The notes: generated by a model from the letters alone, not told the origin. 64,000 nucleotides of DNA from Candidatus Zhuqueibacterota bacterium (GCA_016928775.1 JAFGKD010000054.1:1-64000); one strand, 5' to 3'. Positions 17,604 through 29,065 are shown, counted from the first letter of the stretch. A program made the numbers and translations.

Positions 17604-20228
17604 TTGAACAACGACCAGACCACAACGCCGCTCATGGAGCAATATCTCGGCATCAAAGCACGACATAAAGACGCAATTTTGTTTTTCCGCATGGGCGATT
17701 TTTATGAGATGTTTTATGATGACGCCAAAATTGCCTCCACAATTCTGGGGATCACGTTGACATCACGCGCACATGGCAAAGCTGCAGATGTTCCATTGGC
17801 CGGATTTCCTCACCATGCGCTGGATACTTATCTCGTCAAATTTATCAAAGCCGGCTATCGTGTCGCGATTTGTGAACAAGTCGAAGATCCCAAACAGGCG
17901 AAAGGTATCGTCAAACGTGATATCACCGAGATCATTACACCCGGTACCGCGGTCTCCGATGATATTCTAGAGACAAAAAGAAATAACTATCTTGTCTCGA
18001 TTTATCTGAATGCCCAACAATTTGGCATCGCCAAGGTCGATGTCTCCACCGGCGAGTTTCAAGTTGGTGAATTCAAGCTGACTGAGCTCAAGGAGAAAAT
18101 TACAACGATCGCACCGGCTGAAATTTTGTTATCTGAAAAGCAAGAGCAGCTTTTCGCTCGATACCATCCGCAGGTGAATAATCTCACCATTACTCAACGC
18201 GAAGATTGGACATTTCATTTTGATTACGCCAATGACCAACTGAAAGACCATTTTGCGACGCTCTCTTTGAAAGGATTTGGCATCGATAGCTTTACGTGTG
18301 GTATCTCCGCTGCCGGTGCTATTCTGGCTTATCTCAAAGAAAATCAGCGCGAAAAACTTGTGCACGTCAACAAGCTCGGCCGTATGTCCGATGCCGATTA
18401 CATGCTCATTGACAGCACAACCCGCAGGAATTTGGAGCTTGTTCAACCATTGAACAGTCTGAACAAACAAGGAACATTGCTGAACATTCTTGATCAAACC
18501 AATACGCCGATGGGCGGTCGCTTGTTTGTCAACTGGTTGCTTTATCCGCTGAATAATCTGCAGCGAATTCGGACACGCCACACCGCCGTTCAGGAATTAG
18601 CAGAGCAACTCGAGATACGACAATCGGTTCGCGAGACGCTACGTGAGATCGGCGATATCGAACGTCTGCTGGCGAAATTTGCCACGGGTCGAGCCAATGG
18701 CAGGGACGCGCGGGCAATCCAGCATGCCCTGGATATCGTGCAAAAAGTGAAAACATTATTGGACAACAGTAATGCTCACCATCTCACATATATTGCCAAA
18801 GGACTCGATCCCTTGCGGGAATTGGCACAAAAAATCGACAACGCGATTACCGAGAATCCACCCCTGTCCATCACAGATGGTGGCATCATCAAGCGAGGCT
18901 ATGATAAGGAGCTGGATAAATTGCGGGATATTGCCTACTCGGGCAAAGACTGGATCGCCAGATTGCAGCAAACGGAACGCGATAAAACCGGCATTCCATC
19001 ACTAAAGGTTAATTTTAACAAGGTCTTTGGCTATTATATTGAAGTGACCAAGCCAAATCTGTCCAAGGTGCCGCAGCATTATATTCGCAAGCAAACATTG
19101 GTGAATGCCGAACGGTTTATCACGCAAGAATTAAAAGAGTACGAGGAAAAAATCCTCGGCGCCGAAGAAAAAATGGCTTCTATTGAATTTAAGCTCTTCA
19201 ATGATTTGCGACAATTTATTCTGACCTTTACGGCGGACCTGCAAAAAAATGCCCATCTTGCCGGTGAATGCGATTGTCTCGCGAGCCTGGCTCAGGTTGC
19301 GGTTGATAATAATTACTGTCGGCCGGACATGAACGACAGCCACGTCATTGAAATCAATGAAGGACGCCACCCGGTGGTTGAAAAGTTGTTGCCGCCAGGC
19401 GAACAATTCATCGCCAATGATGTCAAGGTTGATAATAAAATAGAGCAAATTCACATCATCACGGGTCCGAACATGGCGGGTAAATCGACTTTTTTACGCC
19501 AGGTCGGACTTATCACTATCATGGCGCAAATGGGCAGTTTTGTGCCGGCTCGCAGTGCAAAAATTGGCCTGGTCGATCGTGTTTTTACGCGCGTGGGTGC
19601 CTCCGACAATTTGGCAGCCGGAGAGAGTACGTTTCTCACCGAGATGAATGAAACGGCCAACATTCTGAATAATGCAACCGATAAAAGCCTGATATTGTTA
19701 GACGAGATTGGACGTGGCACCAGCACATTCGATGGGCTGTCAATTGCCTGGTCTGTTGCGGAATATATTCATAATACGCCGAAACTGGCGGCCAAAACCA
19801 TCTTTGCCACCCACTATCACGAATTAACGGAACTCGAAGTCATATTGCCGCGTGTAAGAAATTACAATGTCGCAGTGCGCGAATGGGGAGATCATATTGT
19901 ATTTTTAAGAAAAATCGTGCCGGGCGGCTGTGATCATAGTTACGGTATTCAAGTGGCAAAATTAGCCGGCTTGCCGAGGGCTGTAATTGAACGGGCTAAA
20001 GAAGTATTACAGAATTTGGAACAGGAGGCTTACAACGAATCGGATGAACCAAAAATCGCCCGGCACCACAGCCGAATTAAAGAACCGGTTACACAAATGA
20101 GCTTGTTTGACGAACTGGAACAATCGCTACGGCAGGAATTAAGAGGGATCGATCCGAACTCGCTGACACCAATCGAAGCCTTGAACAAATTGGATGCACT
20201 CAAACAGTTGGTTGAAAAACAGAGCTGA
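17604..20228 (+). CDS. mutS: DNA mismatch repair protein MutS
   Basis: TPLMEQYLGIKARHKDAILFFRMGDFYEMFYDDA and the Walker A motif GPNMAGKST are present. The TTG start is 13 nt after AAGGAG. Confidence 0.9.
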   Translation: MNNDQTTTPLMEQYLGIKARHKDAILFFRMGDFYEMFYDDAKIASTILGITLTSRAHGKAADVPLAGFPHHALDTYLVKFIKAGYRVAICEQVEDPKQAKGIVKRDITEIITPGTAVSDDILETKRNNYLVSIYLNAQQFGIAKVDVSTGEFQVGEFKLTELKEKITTIAPAEILLSEKQEQLFARYHPQVNNLTITQREDWTFHFDYANDQLKDHFATLSLKGFGIDSFTCGISAAGAILAYLKENQREKLVHVNKLGRMSDADYMLIDSTTRRNLELVQPLNSLNKQGTLLNILDQTNTPMGGRLFVNWLLYPLNNLQRIRTRHTAVQELAEQLEIRQSVRETLREIGDIERLLAKFATGRANGRDARAIQHALDIVQKVKTLLDNSNAHHLTYIAKGLDPLRELAQKIDNAITENPPLSITDGGIIKRGYDKELDKLRDIAYSGKDWIARLQQTERDKTGIPSLKVNFNKVFGYYIEVTKPNLSKVPQHYIRKQTLVNAERFITQELKEYEEKILGAEEKMASIEFKLFNDLRQFILTFTADLQKNAHLAGECDCLASLAQVAVDNNYCRPDMNDSHVIEINEGRHPVVEKLLPPGEQFIANDVKVDNKIEQIHIITGPNMAGKSTFLRQVGLITIMAQMGSFVPARSAKIGLVDRVFTRVGASDNLAAGESTFLTEMNETANILNNATDKSLILLDEIGRGTSTFDGLSIAWSVAEYIHNTPKLAAKTIFATHYHELTELEVILPRVRNYNVAVREWGDHIVFLRKIVPGGCDHSYGIQVAKLAGLPRAVIERAKEVLQNLEQEAYNESDEPKIARHHSRIKEPVTQMSLFDELEQSLRQELRGIDPNSLTPIEALNKLDALKQLVEKQS

Positions 20229-20258
20229 GCCTTTGAGAAATACGGAAGGAACAACGTA

Positions 20259-21293
20259 GTGAAAAAATATATTGACACCTGCATGATCTGCCTTGTTTTT
20301 ATCATGGGTGCTGCTGCACCATCTTTTGCAGCTGCCATCGCCAAATATGCTGGTGAATTCATGAGTACCGGCGTCGGCGCACGGGCTCTTGGCATGGGTG
20401 GTGCCTACGTCGCCGGCGGCGGTGATGTGACGTACGGGTACTGGAATCCCGCAGGATTGAGCCCACTCAATTACCCGGAAGTCGCGGCCATGCATTCAGA
20501 GCGTTTCGCCGGTGTGGTGAATTATGATTATTTGGCTTTTGCCATGCCGTTTCGTCAAAAGGAGACATTAGGCTTTTCTGTCATTCGTCTCGGAATTGAT
20601 GATATTCCTATATCCGCCATACCACGATCGGATTTGCAGGCCGATGAACAGTTTACGGATGCCGAGGGACATTTACGAGTCAATCGCCCTTATATTGATC
20701 GATACGTCAGCGATGCCGAATATGCATTTTATGTGAGCTATGCAAAACGACATAATAGAACATTTGCCTATGGCGCCAATGCCAAAGTCGTGAGAAAGGG
20801 TGTCGGAGACAATTCTGCATGGGGAATTGGATTTGATCTCGGCATGGCATGGAATCCGTGGCGGCGGTTGATTGTCGGCGCCAATTTTCAAGATGTCACA
20901 ACAACGCTTTTGGCCTGGGATACAGGACGAAAAGAGTTGATATCACCAACATTCAAAGCAGGTCTGTCCTATCCTTTCTTGCTGCCGTTTTTGAAAAGCC
21001 GATTGCTGCTCGCATCCGATGTTGATGTTCGATTTGAGGGTCGACAGGGAGCCGCGCAGGCTTATCTTGGTGCTGTGAGTTTTGATTTTCGGCTTGGAGG
21101 GGAAATTTCGTTTTACGATATCATTGCCCTGCGTCTTGGACGCGATGACCTCGGCAATTTTACCGCCGGCGCTGGCATTATTTTATCGCGCCTTAATATT
21201 GATTATGCCTTTATGCAACATACAGATCTTGAAAATACTCACCGTATCTCTCTCCGCATACGCCTGGAAGAAAAACGATTCGGACGCAAATAG
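20259..21293 (+). CDS. Outer-membrane beta-barrel protein, FadL/OmpP1/TodX family (PorV-like)
   Basis: A signal peptide is followed by a FadL-type N-terminal motif (STGVGARALGMGGAYVAGGGDVTYGYWNPAGL) and a C-terminal aromatic residue. Confidence 0.6.
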   Translation: MKKYIDTCMICLVFIMGAAAPSFAAAIAKYAGEFMSTGVGARALGMGGAYVAGGGDVTYGYWNPAGLSPLNYPEVAAMHSERFAGVVNYDYLAFAMPFRQKETLGFSVIRLGIDDIPISAIPRSDLQADEQFTDAEGHLRVNRPYIDRYVSDAEYAFYVSYAKRHNRTFAYGANAKVVRKGVGDNSAWGIGFDLGMAWNPWRRLIVGANFQDVTTTLLAWDTGRKELISPTFKAGLSYPFLLPFLKSRLLLASDVDVRFEGRQGAAQAYLGAVSFDFRLGGEISFYDIIALRLGRDDLGNFTAGAGIILSRLNIDYAFMQHTDLENTHRISLRIRLEEKRFGRK

Positions 21294-21316
21294 GAACAAA
21301 AGGCCATCCATATCTG

Positions 21317-21354
21317 AAAGGCTTTGGAGAGCTTGCTCTCCAAAGCCTTTTTTG
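21317..21354 (+). terminator. Rho-independent terminator (GGCTTTGGAGAGC-tt-GCTCTCCAAAGCC followed by TTTTTT)
   Basis: A perfect 13-16 bp stem followed by a T tract, read directly. Confidence 0.7.
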
Positions 21355-21458
21355 CATAACTCCAAAAAATTCATTTGACTATGTGTGAAATTTTCATTAA
21401 AATGTAAACTAATTGAAAACAATGGTTAAGTGTGTTTGATTATAATAGTGGTAAATCG

Positions 21459-22334
21459 ATGATATCAAGTATGACAGGCTACGGACGCGGCGTCTTTTCT
21501 GATAATGGTCTTGAAGTGACAGTTGAAATCAAAAGTGTTAATAATCGCTTTCTCGATGTTGCTGTCAAGCTTCCGCGATTTTTATCTCTTTATGAGCAAA
21601 AGGTTCGTGAGCTCGTTGCTGCTCACGTGAATCGTGGACGGATCAGCATTTGGATTAATCTCAAAGGAGCCGAGGAAGAGGTGAACAGTTTTGCTGTTAA
21701 CCATACCTTGCTGAGCGCCTATAAAAATCTGGCTCACGAGATCAAGGAAAAGCACGATATCGGTGGCGAGTTGTCATTGGAACAGATAATGGCACTGCCC
21801 GATGTGATTACCACCAATGCTGCTGATAGCGATGAAGAGACCTGGCAATGCACCAAAGCCGCGATAGAGACGGCGCTAAAAGACCTGGTGTGCATGCGAA
21901 ATCGGGAGGGTGCGGAGATTCAGAAAGATTTTATCGAACGTATGAATACATTGACAAAGTATGTGAACTGCGTCGACGAACTTTCAGCTTATGGCCCTAA
22001 ACAGGAGCTGGACAAGCTGAAAGATCGTGTCAAACGGCTCATCACCAATGAACAGATTGATGAGTATCGCCTTGAGCTCGAACTGGCACTTATTTCGGAC
22101 AAGATTGATGTCTCTGAAGAATGTACACGTTTTTATAGCCATATCGCGCTTTTCCGGGAAATATTGGAGAATCCCAAGTCTCAGGGTCGGCAACTAAATT
22201 TTTTGCTGCAGGAAATGAATCGCGAAGCCAACACCATGGCCTCAAAAGCATACACAGCAGAGATATCGCACGCGGTTGTAAAAATGAAAGAAGAAATCGA
22301 AAAAATTCGTGAGCAAGTACAAAATATTGAATAA
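21459..22334 (+). CDS. yicC: YicC/YloC family stress-induced protein (endoribonuclease)
   Basis: MISSMTGYGRG at the N-terminus and a DUF1732-like C-terminus. Confidence 0.8.
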   Translation: MISSMTGYGRGVFSDNGLEVTVEIKSVNNRFLDVAVKLPRFLSLYEQKVRELVAAHVNRGRISIWINLKGAEEEVNSFAVNHTLLSAYKNLAHEIKEKHDIGGELSLEQIMALPDVITTNAADSDEETWQCTKAAIETALKDLVCMRNREGAEIQKDFIERMNTLTKYVNCVDELSAYGPKQELDKLKDRVKRLITNEQIDEYRLELELALISDKIDVSEECTRFYSHIALFREILENPKSQGRQLNFLLQEMNREANTMASKAYTAEISHAVVKMKEEIEKIREQVQNIE

Positions 22335-22357
22335 TTTACGTCTTTTTAAGGTTTAAT

Positions 22358-22951
22358 GTGGAAACAGATAAAGGATTACTTGTTGTTTTGGCATCGCCAT
22401 CCGGAGGTGGAAAAACAACGTTAATTCAGAATATTCTCAAATCTGCTGACGCTGATTATGTGTACTCGATTTCAATGACAACGCGTCCGCCGCGCAATGG
22501 CGAAATAGATGGAAAAGACTACTGGTTCGTCAGCCAGGATGAGTTTATGAACAAGGTGAAAAATAACGAATTTATTGAATATGAGCAGGTTCACGACTGG
22601 TTTTATGGCACACCCAGGCAGCCAATTCAGCAGTGGCTCAACGATGGCAAGATTGTCCTATTAGATTTGGATGTGCATGGCGCGTTACATCTAAAAAGAC
22701 GGTATGCACAAAAAAGTTTGCTCATATTTCTGCAGCCGCCAAACAAACAGGCACTCTTGCAACGACTAAAAAAGCGTTCAACCGAAACATCAGAGCAAAT
22801 TGCTCGAAGGTTGGAACGCCTCCCGGAAGAGATAAAGCAAGCGGATCAATTTGATATTATCATTGTTAATGATGATTTGAATAAAACTGTTCGAAAAATA
22901 CAAAAGATAATTAAAAAAAGAGACAACCAATTCCAGCGCATGGAGGTATAA
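22358..22951 (+). CDS. gmk: Guanylate kinase
   Basis: SPSGGGKTTL P-loop and overall guanylate kinase layout. Confidence 0.9.
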   Translation: METDKGLLVVLASPSGGGKTTLIQNILKSADADYVYSISMTTRPPRNGEIDGKDYWFVSQDEFMNKVKNNEFIEYEQVHDWFYGTPRQPIQQWLNDGKIVLLDLDVHGALHLKRRYAQKSLLIFLQPPNKQALLQRLKKRSTETSEQIARRLERLPEEIKQADQFDIIIVNDDLNKTVRKIQKIIKKRDNQFQRMEV

Positions 22952-22955
22952 ATAG

Positions 22956-23240
22956 ATGGCTGAAACATTACCACTTGAACAATTGGAAAATAAAGTTGAC
23001 AGTTTGTATGAGGCGATTGTCATCATTGCCCGGCGCGCGAGACAAATAAATGAACTGCAAAAACGGCTTATTGACAAAGAAACTGAAGCGAACGCCAGTG
23101 ATAATGATCTGGATGAAGTCTTGTTGGACAGCGATTACCTTGACAGGCAATATCTTAAACTGCCCAAGCCGACGACTCTGGCTCTGCAAGAGATGTTAGA
23201 CGACAGGTTGAATTTCGAGTACATCGGCAAAAACAAATAG
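22956..23240 (+). CDS. rpoZ: DNA-directed RNA polymerase subunit omega
   Basis: SLYEAIVIIARRARQI core, and the gene sits in the conserved gmk-rpoZ context. Confidence 0.7.
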   Translation: MAETLPLEQLENKVDSLYEAIVIIARRARQINELQKRLIDKETEANASDNDLDEVLLDSDYLDRQYLKLPKPTTLALQEMLDDRLNFEYIGKNK

Positions 23241-23251
23241 TTCATTTTAGC

Positions 23252-24439
23252 ATGTTCTTTGATAAAAAAATTCTCGTTGCTGTCACAGGCGGGATTGCGG
23301 CTTATAAAGCCGCTTATTTGGTACGCGAGCTGAAAAAAAAATCTGCTGATGTGCGTGTTGTGATGACCGAGGCGGCGACTCGATTTGTCGTGCCGCTCAC
23401 TTTTGAGTCGCTCTCGGAGAACAAGGTCGCTATGAATCTGTTTGATCATCCCGATGATTCAGCCACAGCGCACATCGATTGGGCGAGATGGCCGGACATC
23501 ATCGTTGTTTGTCCAGCAACGGCGAATACGATCGGCAAAGTGGCACATGGCCTGGCCGATAATATGCTGACGACGATCATCCTGGCAACAACAGCGCCGG
23601 TTCTTTTTTGCCCGGCAATGAATGTCGAGATGTACAAAAATAGCCTCTATCACAAGAATGAAAAAATACTTGAGGATTCAGGCTATTATATCATTCAACC
23701 AGGGCAGGGTGATTTGGCTTGTGGTGAGACTGGTATGGGTCGGTTGGCGGAAACCGAAGATATTATAGCGTCACTCGCGTATATTCTCAACCGGTCGAGG
23801 GAGCTGCAAGATAAAAAGGTGCTTGTGACGGCAGGGCCAACGCGTGAAGCCCTTGATCCTGTTCGTTATCTGACAAACCGCTCATCCGGCAAAATGGGCT
23901 ACGCCATCGCCCAACAGGCTATGCTTCACGGCGCAGAGGTGACACTGGTATCCGGACCAACAAATTTGCCCGATCCTTTTCGAGTGCGGGTACGCAAAAT
24001 TACTACTGCACAGGAAATGGCTGATGTTGTCGCTGACCTGTTGCCGGAACACGACATTCTGGTTATGTCCGCTGCCGTAGCTGATTTTCGACCGATGGTG
24101 GCGTCAAAACACAAAATTAAAAAAGACCAGCTCAACAGTCTGCAGCTTGAAGCGACGGTAGATATTTTGGAGTCGGCAGCAAAAAACAAAGGGCAGAAAA
24201 TTTTTGTTGGTTTTGCTCTTGAAACTGAGAATGAATTGACTTTTGCCTTTGAGAAAATGCATCGTAAAAAGTGCGACCTGCTGGTGCTGAATAATCCTCT
24301 GGAACATGGCGCCGGTTTTGATGTTGACACCAACAAAGTAACCATTTTGAACAAGAATGGCCAGCAGAAAGAATTGCCGCTCATGAGCAAGGATAAGGTC
24401 GCTCAGGCGATTATAGATGAAATTATAGCGTTAATGTGA
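23252..24439 (+). CDS. coaBC: Bifunctional phosphopantothenoylcysteine decarboxylase/phosphopantothenate-cysteine ligase
   Basis: A flavoprotein N-domain (KILVAVTGGIAAYKA) followed by the CoaB domain. Confidence 0.9.
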   Translation: MFFDKKILVAVTGGIAAYKAAYLVRELKKKSADVRVVMTEAATRFVVPLTFESLSENKVAMNLFDHPDDSATAHIDWARWPDIIVVCPATANTIGKVAHGLADNMLTTIILATTAPVLFCPAMNVEMYKNSLYHKNEKILEDSGYYIIQPGQGDLACGETGMGRLAETEDIIASLAYILNRSRELQDKKVLVTAGPTREALDPVRYLTNRSSGKMGYAIAQQAMLHGAEVTLVSGPTNLPDPFRVRVRKITTAQEMADVVADLLPEHDILVMSAAVADFRPMVASKHKIKKDQLNSLQLEATVDILESAAKNKGQKIFVGFALETENELTFAFEKMHRKKCDLLVLNNPLEHGAGFDVDTNKVTILNKNGQQKELPLMSKDKVAQAIIDEIIALM

Positions 24440-25137
24440 TGTCCGATGTATTCGACAATCTTGTTTTATTTTTCGAACAACAAATCGAATTGTACGGTAA
24501 TGATATCGGTTTGATTCTGGATACGACTATTGATGAACAGCAATCATCCTTCAGCCCTCTGGCATGGCAAGAGAGCGCGTCGTTGCATGAATTGGAACAG
24601 ACGATCAAAACGTGTCAGCAATGCGCGCTCAGCCAGGCACGCAACAAGTTTGTCTTTGGCGGCGGAAATCCGCAGGCGGATATTGTGTTCGTCGGTGAAG
24701 CACCTGGTGCTGATGAGGATAGGATCGGGCTGCCATTCGTCGGCAGGGCCGGTGATATGCTGACAAAAATTTTGGACTCTATCCAGTTGAAGCGTACGGA
24801 TGTCTACATTTGTAATATTCTCAAATGTCGACCCCCGCAAAATCGCGATCCACTTCCGGATGAAATTGCGACATGCAAGCCGTATCTTGTCAAGCAATTG
24901 CAGCTCATCCAGCCCAAAATTATCGTCTGTTTGGGACGTATCGCTGCGCAGGTATTATTGGAAACCAGCGATTCTTTGACGCAACTTCGCGCCAGATGGT
25001 TTAGCCTAAACGAGATGAAAGTTATGGTGACGTACCATCCAGCAGCACTGCTGCGAAGTACAGGCTATAAAAGTGCCACGTGGGAAGATATGAAACGGTT
25101 GCGACAGTTATATGACGATATAAAAGGACAAGCCTAA
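24436..25137 (+). CDS. Uracil-DNA glycosylase, family 4
   Basis: CQQC...[23 protein letters not shown] signature. Confidence 0.85.
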   Translation: MMSDVFDNLVLFFEQQIELYGNDIGLILDTTIDEQQSSFSPLAWQESASLHELEQTIKTCQQCALSQARNKFVFGGGNPQADIVFVGEAPGADEDRIGLPFVGRAGDMLTKILDSIQLKRTDVYICNILKCRPPQNRDPLPDEIATCKPYLVKQLQLIQPKIIVCLGRIAAQVLLETSDSLTQLRARWFSLNEMKVMVTYHPAALLRSTGYKSATWEDMKRLRQLYDDIKGQA

Positions 25138-25143
25138 AGCCAA

Positions 25144-26523
25144 ATGGCAAAAAAGGACGACATCATAACTCGCATGCCACCGCAGGCTGTGGACGCTGAA
25201 ATCTCGGTTATTTCATCGATGTTGCAGTCAAGTGAAGCGACGAGTTTGGCGATCGAATTATTGGATGATTCGTGCTTTTATAAAGACGCCCATAAAAAAA
25301 TATTTATGTCTTCTTTGGCGTTATATCAGCGACTTGAACCCGTAGATATTTTAACGGTAAAAAATGAGCTTGAAAAACGCGGTCATTTGGAGGCCATTGG
25401 TGGAGCATATTATTTGGCCGAGCTTGTGGAGCGTGTTCCGTCCGCCGCAAACATTGAATATCACTGCAGAATAGTGCTCGACAAGGCATTGTTGCGCAAG
25501 CTGATCAATGTATCGAATGAAATTCAGCAAGAATGTTATGAAGCAGGCCAGGATGCCATAGATATCATTGACATGGCTGAGCAAAGAATATTTGCGCTGT
25601 CAGAATCACACGCTCGGCAAGATTATACGCACATCGCGCCTATTCTGCACAAAACGCTGGAAAAGATTGAGCAGTTTGGCAAAATGCAGGGCAAAGTGAC
25701 AGGTGTGCCCACCGGCTTTCATAAGCTGGATGACAAGCTATCCGGGTTGCAGGATGCCGATCTTGTCGTCTTGGCGGCGCGACCGTCGATGGGAAAAACA
25801 GCCCTGGCGCTGAACATTGCGCGTAATGCTGCAGCGACCGGCATACCTGTCGCGATTTTTAGCCTCGAAATGGCGGGCTATCAGCTCGTCATGCGCATGC
25901 TGTGCTCCGAAGCTCGAATTGATTCTCATCGCGTGCGCATCGGCAAGCTGAAGGACAGCGAGTGGGAGAGGCTTGGACAATATGTTGGACAATTGGCCGA
26001 GTATCCGATCTATGTTGATGATACGCCGGGCATTTCTGTGTTGGAATTACGTTCCAAAGCGAGACGACTGAAAGCTGAACATAATATAGGTTTGATAGTA
26101 GTCGATTACCTCCAGCTCATGCGGTTAGCAGCGCGCGTTGAAAGCAGACAAATCGAGATTGCGATGATTTCACAATCGCTCAAAAATCTGGCAAAAGAGT
26201 TGGATATTCCAGTCCTGGCGTTATCACAACTCTCCCGCGCCGTCGAGTCTCGCGGCGGCGATGGCAGGCCTGTATTGTCTGATTTGAGAGAGTCGGGAGC
26301 TATAGAACAGGACGCTGACGTTGTCATGTTCATCAATCGACCGGCCGCTTATGGTCGTGAAGTAGAGCCGGAGTTGCTCCACAAAGCGGAAATTATTGTC
26401 GCCAAACAGCGTAACGGTCCAACAGGTGAAGTTGACCTTATCTTCTTGAACGAATTTGTTCTGTTCGCCAATGAAGAAGAATATCATGAAGAAGTACCGG
26501 TTTTATCGGATGATCCATTTTAA
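25144..26523 (+). CDS. dnaB: Replicative DNA helicase
   Basis: Walker A GKTALALN and the DnaB N-terminal domain. Confidence 0.9.
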   Translation: MAKKDDIITRMPPQAVDAEISVISSMLQSSEATSLAIELLDDSCFYKDAHKKIFMSSLALYQRLEPVDILTVKNELEKRGHLEAIGGAYYLAELVERVPSAANIEYHCRIVLDKALLRKLINVSNEIQQECYEAGQDAIDIIDMAEQRIFALSESHARQDYTHIAPILHKTLEKIEQFGKMQGKVTGVPTGFHKLDDKLSGLQDADLVVLAARPSMGKTALALNIARNAAATGIPVAIFSLEMAGYQLVMRMLCSEARIDSHRVRIGKLKDSEWERLGQYVGQLAEYPIYVDDTPGISVLELRSKARRLKAEHNIGLIVVDYLQLMRLAARVESRQIEIAMISQSLKNLAKELDIPVLALSQLSRAVESRGGDGRPVLSDLRESGAIEQDADVVMFINRPAAYGREVEPELLHKAEIIVAKQRNGPTGEVDLIFLNEFVLFANEEEYHEEVPVLSDDPF

Positions 26524-26585
26524 TGTGGTGGAGCTAGACTATCGAAGCTGAAACATTAAATAGCTATGAGCATGTTTTTGAAGGC

Positions 26586-28712
26586 TTGTTGCAGAGAATC
26601 AAGCGTTACAGCCAGACTGCTGATTTTGAGGTGCTCAGGCGTGCGTTTGCGGTTGCATCTGCCGCGCATGCGGATCAGTTACGAAAGTCCGGAGAGCCCT
26701 ATTTCGAGCATCCACTGGAGGTCGCCAAGATTCTTGTTGGCTTGAAAATGGATTATCAAACCATAGCTGGTGGACTATTGCATGATGTCGTTGAAGATAC
26801 CAATATCAAACTGGATATCATTAAACGAGATTTTGGCGAAGAGATCGCCATCCTTGTTGATGGTGTGACAAAAATCGGCGGTTTGAAACTCCTTGGCTTC
26901 GAGCAGCGTCAGGCGGAAAATTTTCGCAAAATGCTGCTGTCCATGGTTCGAGATATTCGCATCATTCTCATAAAGTTTGCCGACCGGTTGCACAATATGC
27001 GAACTTTGGGATCGCTGCCAGAGGAAAAAAGACGTCGAATTGCATTGGAAACTCGCCAGGTGTACGCTCCAATGGCGCATCGACTTGGCCTGGCTAAAAT
27101 CAAGAGCGAACTGGAAGATCTGGCGCTCAAATATCTTGAACCAGAGATTTATGAGGAACTATCGCGCAAAGTCAATGAAAGTCGAACAGAGCGCGAGCAA
27201 GCCATACGCATTATCACGCGTCCCATCCGCGAAAGTATTGTCGCAGCAAAAATACACGCCCGCTTTGAAGGTCGTGCCAAACATTTTAGCAGCATTTATA
27301 CTAAAATTCACAAACGCGGCGTTCCGTTTGAAGATATATACGACTTGTTAGCGATTCGTATTATCGTGAATAAAATTGAAGAATGTTATTATGCCCTTGG
27401 CATTATACACAGTCTTTATAAACCAATTAACGATCGTTTTCGGGATTATATCGCCAATCCAAAACCAAATGGCTATCAGTCCATTCACACCACGGTTGTT
27501 GGTCCGTTAGGGAAAAAGTACGAGATTCAGATTCGCACTGAAGAGATGCATCGCACAGCAGAGGAAGGTATCGCCGCGCACTGGCGATACAAAGAAGGTA
27601 AAATACGCGAAGATGATCTTGATCGGCAGTTAGTGTGGCTGCGTCAGGTGCTTGATCTGGATGAAGATGATCCGGATTCTACATCTTTTATGGAAAATTT
27701 GCGAATCAGTCTCTTTCAAGATGAAGTTTTTGTCTACACGCCAAGAGGTGACCTCTATAAACTTCCCATGAATGCCACGCCGGTTGATTTTGCCTTTGCG
27801 GTGCACACCGATATCGGTTTGCACTGCCGTATCGCCAAAGTGAATGGTGTTGTTGTTCCGATTAGTGAAAAATTGAAAAGCGGCGATCAAGTTGAAATTA
27901 TCACCTCAAATAATCAATTCCCGAATAAAGACTGGCTTAAATTTGTTGTTACCAGTCGTGCCCGGAGCAAAATTAAAAAATATTTGCGCGACACAGAGCT
28001 GGATAACAGCATCGCGCTTGGCGAAGAGATGCTGTCCAAGTGTTTACAGGGCTATGGCATCAAGTACAAGGATATCGATATAGGTGATTTGAGCGGAAAA
28101 CTCAAATTTCATAACGAGAAGCAGCTGTTGGCATCTATCGGCTATGGCAATACAAAACTTGATACGGTTATCCGCAAAATCATTCCCGAAGAAAAGCGTC
28201 TCAAGAAAGAAAAATCACCCCTGGTCAAATTTTTGGAGCGCGCACGCCGGACGAGCAGCGGCGTCAGAGTCGCCGGTATCGATAATATTATGATCAGTTA
28301 TGGTAAATGCTGCAATCCGGTGCCCGGCGAACCCATAACCGGCATTGTGACAAAAGGCCGAGGTATCGTCGTCCATACAAATACGTGCAAAAATCTTTTA
28401 AAACTGATGCAGGAGCCGGAACGAATTGTTGATGTCTCCTGGGCTGCTGAAAACAATAATCGGTTCATCGTTGGCTTGCTTATTCTGGGAGAACGTCGAA
28501 AGAATTTTTTATCCGAGGTTTCGGACACTATCAATGCCAATGATTCCAACATAGTCGATGTAAAAATGAATTCAGAGAACTCGCTATTCAACTGCGCGCT
28601 GACAATTGAGGTGTATGACCTCGGTCATTTGCAAAAGTTGATCAGCAAATTAAAACGGCTGTCCGGCGTCATATCGGTCGAACGGATCAGCAACCGAATT
28701 CATATTGAATAA
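26586..28712 (+). CDS. Bifunctional (p)ppGpp synthetase/hydrolase RelA/SpoT
   Basis: HD domain (HDVVEDT), synthetase domain, and TGS/ACT C-terminus. Confidence 0.9.
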   Translation: MLQRIKRYSQTADFEVLRRAFAVASAAHADQLRKSGEPYFEHPLEVAKILVGLKMDYQTIAGGLLHDVVEDTNIKLDIIKRDFGEEIAILVDGVTKIGGLKLLGFEQRQAENFRKMLLSMVRDIRIILIKFADRLHNMRTLGSLPEEKRRRIALETRQVYAPMAHRLGLAKIKSELEDLALKYLEPEIYEELSRKVNESRTEREQAIRIITRPIRESIVAAKIHARFEGRAKHFSSIYTKIHKRGVPFEDIYDLLAIRIIVNKIEECYYALGIIHSLYKPINDRFRDYIANPKPNGYQSIHTTVVGPLGKKYEIQIRTEEMHRTAEEGIAAHWRYKEGKIREDDLDRQLVWLRQVLDLDEDDPDSTSFMENLRISLFQDEVFVYTPRGDLYKLPMNATPVDFAFAVHTDIGLHCRIAKVNGVVVPISEKLKSGDQVEIITSNNQFPNKDWLKFVVTSRARSKIKKYLRDTELDNSIALGEEMLSKCLQGYGIKYKDIDIGDLSGKLKFHNEKQLLASIGYGNTKLDTVIRKIIPEEKRLKKEKSPLVKFLERARRTSSGVRVAGIDNIMISYGKCCNPVPGEPITGIVTKGRGIVVHTNTCKNLLKLMQEPERIVDVSWAAENNNRFIVGLLILGERRKNFLSEVSDTINANDSNIVDVKMNSENSLFNCALTIEVYDLGHLQKLISKLKRLSGVISVERISNRIHIE

Positions 28713-28732
28713 CATAAATAGAGGAGCTTAAC

Positions 28733-29065
28733 ATGGAAGAACAAAACCAAAAAACAACAATAACCAAAAAAGATGTTTCTAAAAGAACAGCAAAAATTGT
28801 CGGTGAGAAAATTTATCTCACAGAAAAAGTTGTGGATGGTGTGTTCCAGGCTCTGCGAGAGTTCATGGCGGAGGCTAATCCAGAAGTTCGTATCGAAATT
28901 CGTGATTTTGGTGTGTTCGAGGTGAAAAAAACAAAACCCAAACCGAAAGCCCGAAATCCTAAAACAGGCGATATTATTTATGTTCCGGCACGGCGAAAAA
29001 CGCATTTCAAAGCCGGCAAATTATTAAAAGAAGTTTTAAAAACACCGTTGGAGGAATTGCAATAA
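28733..29065 (+). CDS. HU/IHF family DNA-binding protein with an N-terminal extension
   Basis: RDFGVFEVKKTKPKPKARNPKTGDIIYVPARRKTHFKAG. Confidence 0.8.
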   Translation: MEEQNQKTTITKKDVSKRTAKIVGEKIYLTEKVVDGVFQALREFMAEANPEVRIEIRDFGVFEVKKTKPKPKARNPKTGDIIYVPARRKTHFKAGKLLKEVLKTPLEELQ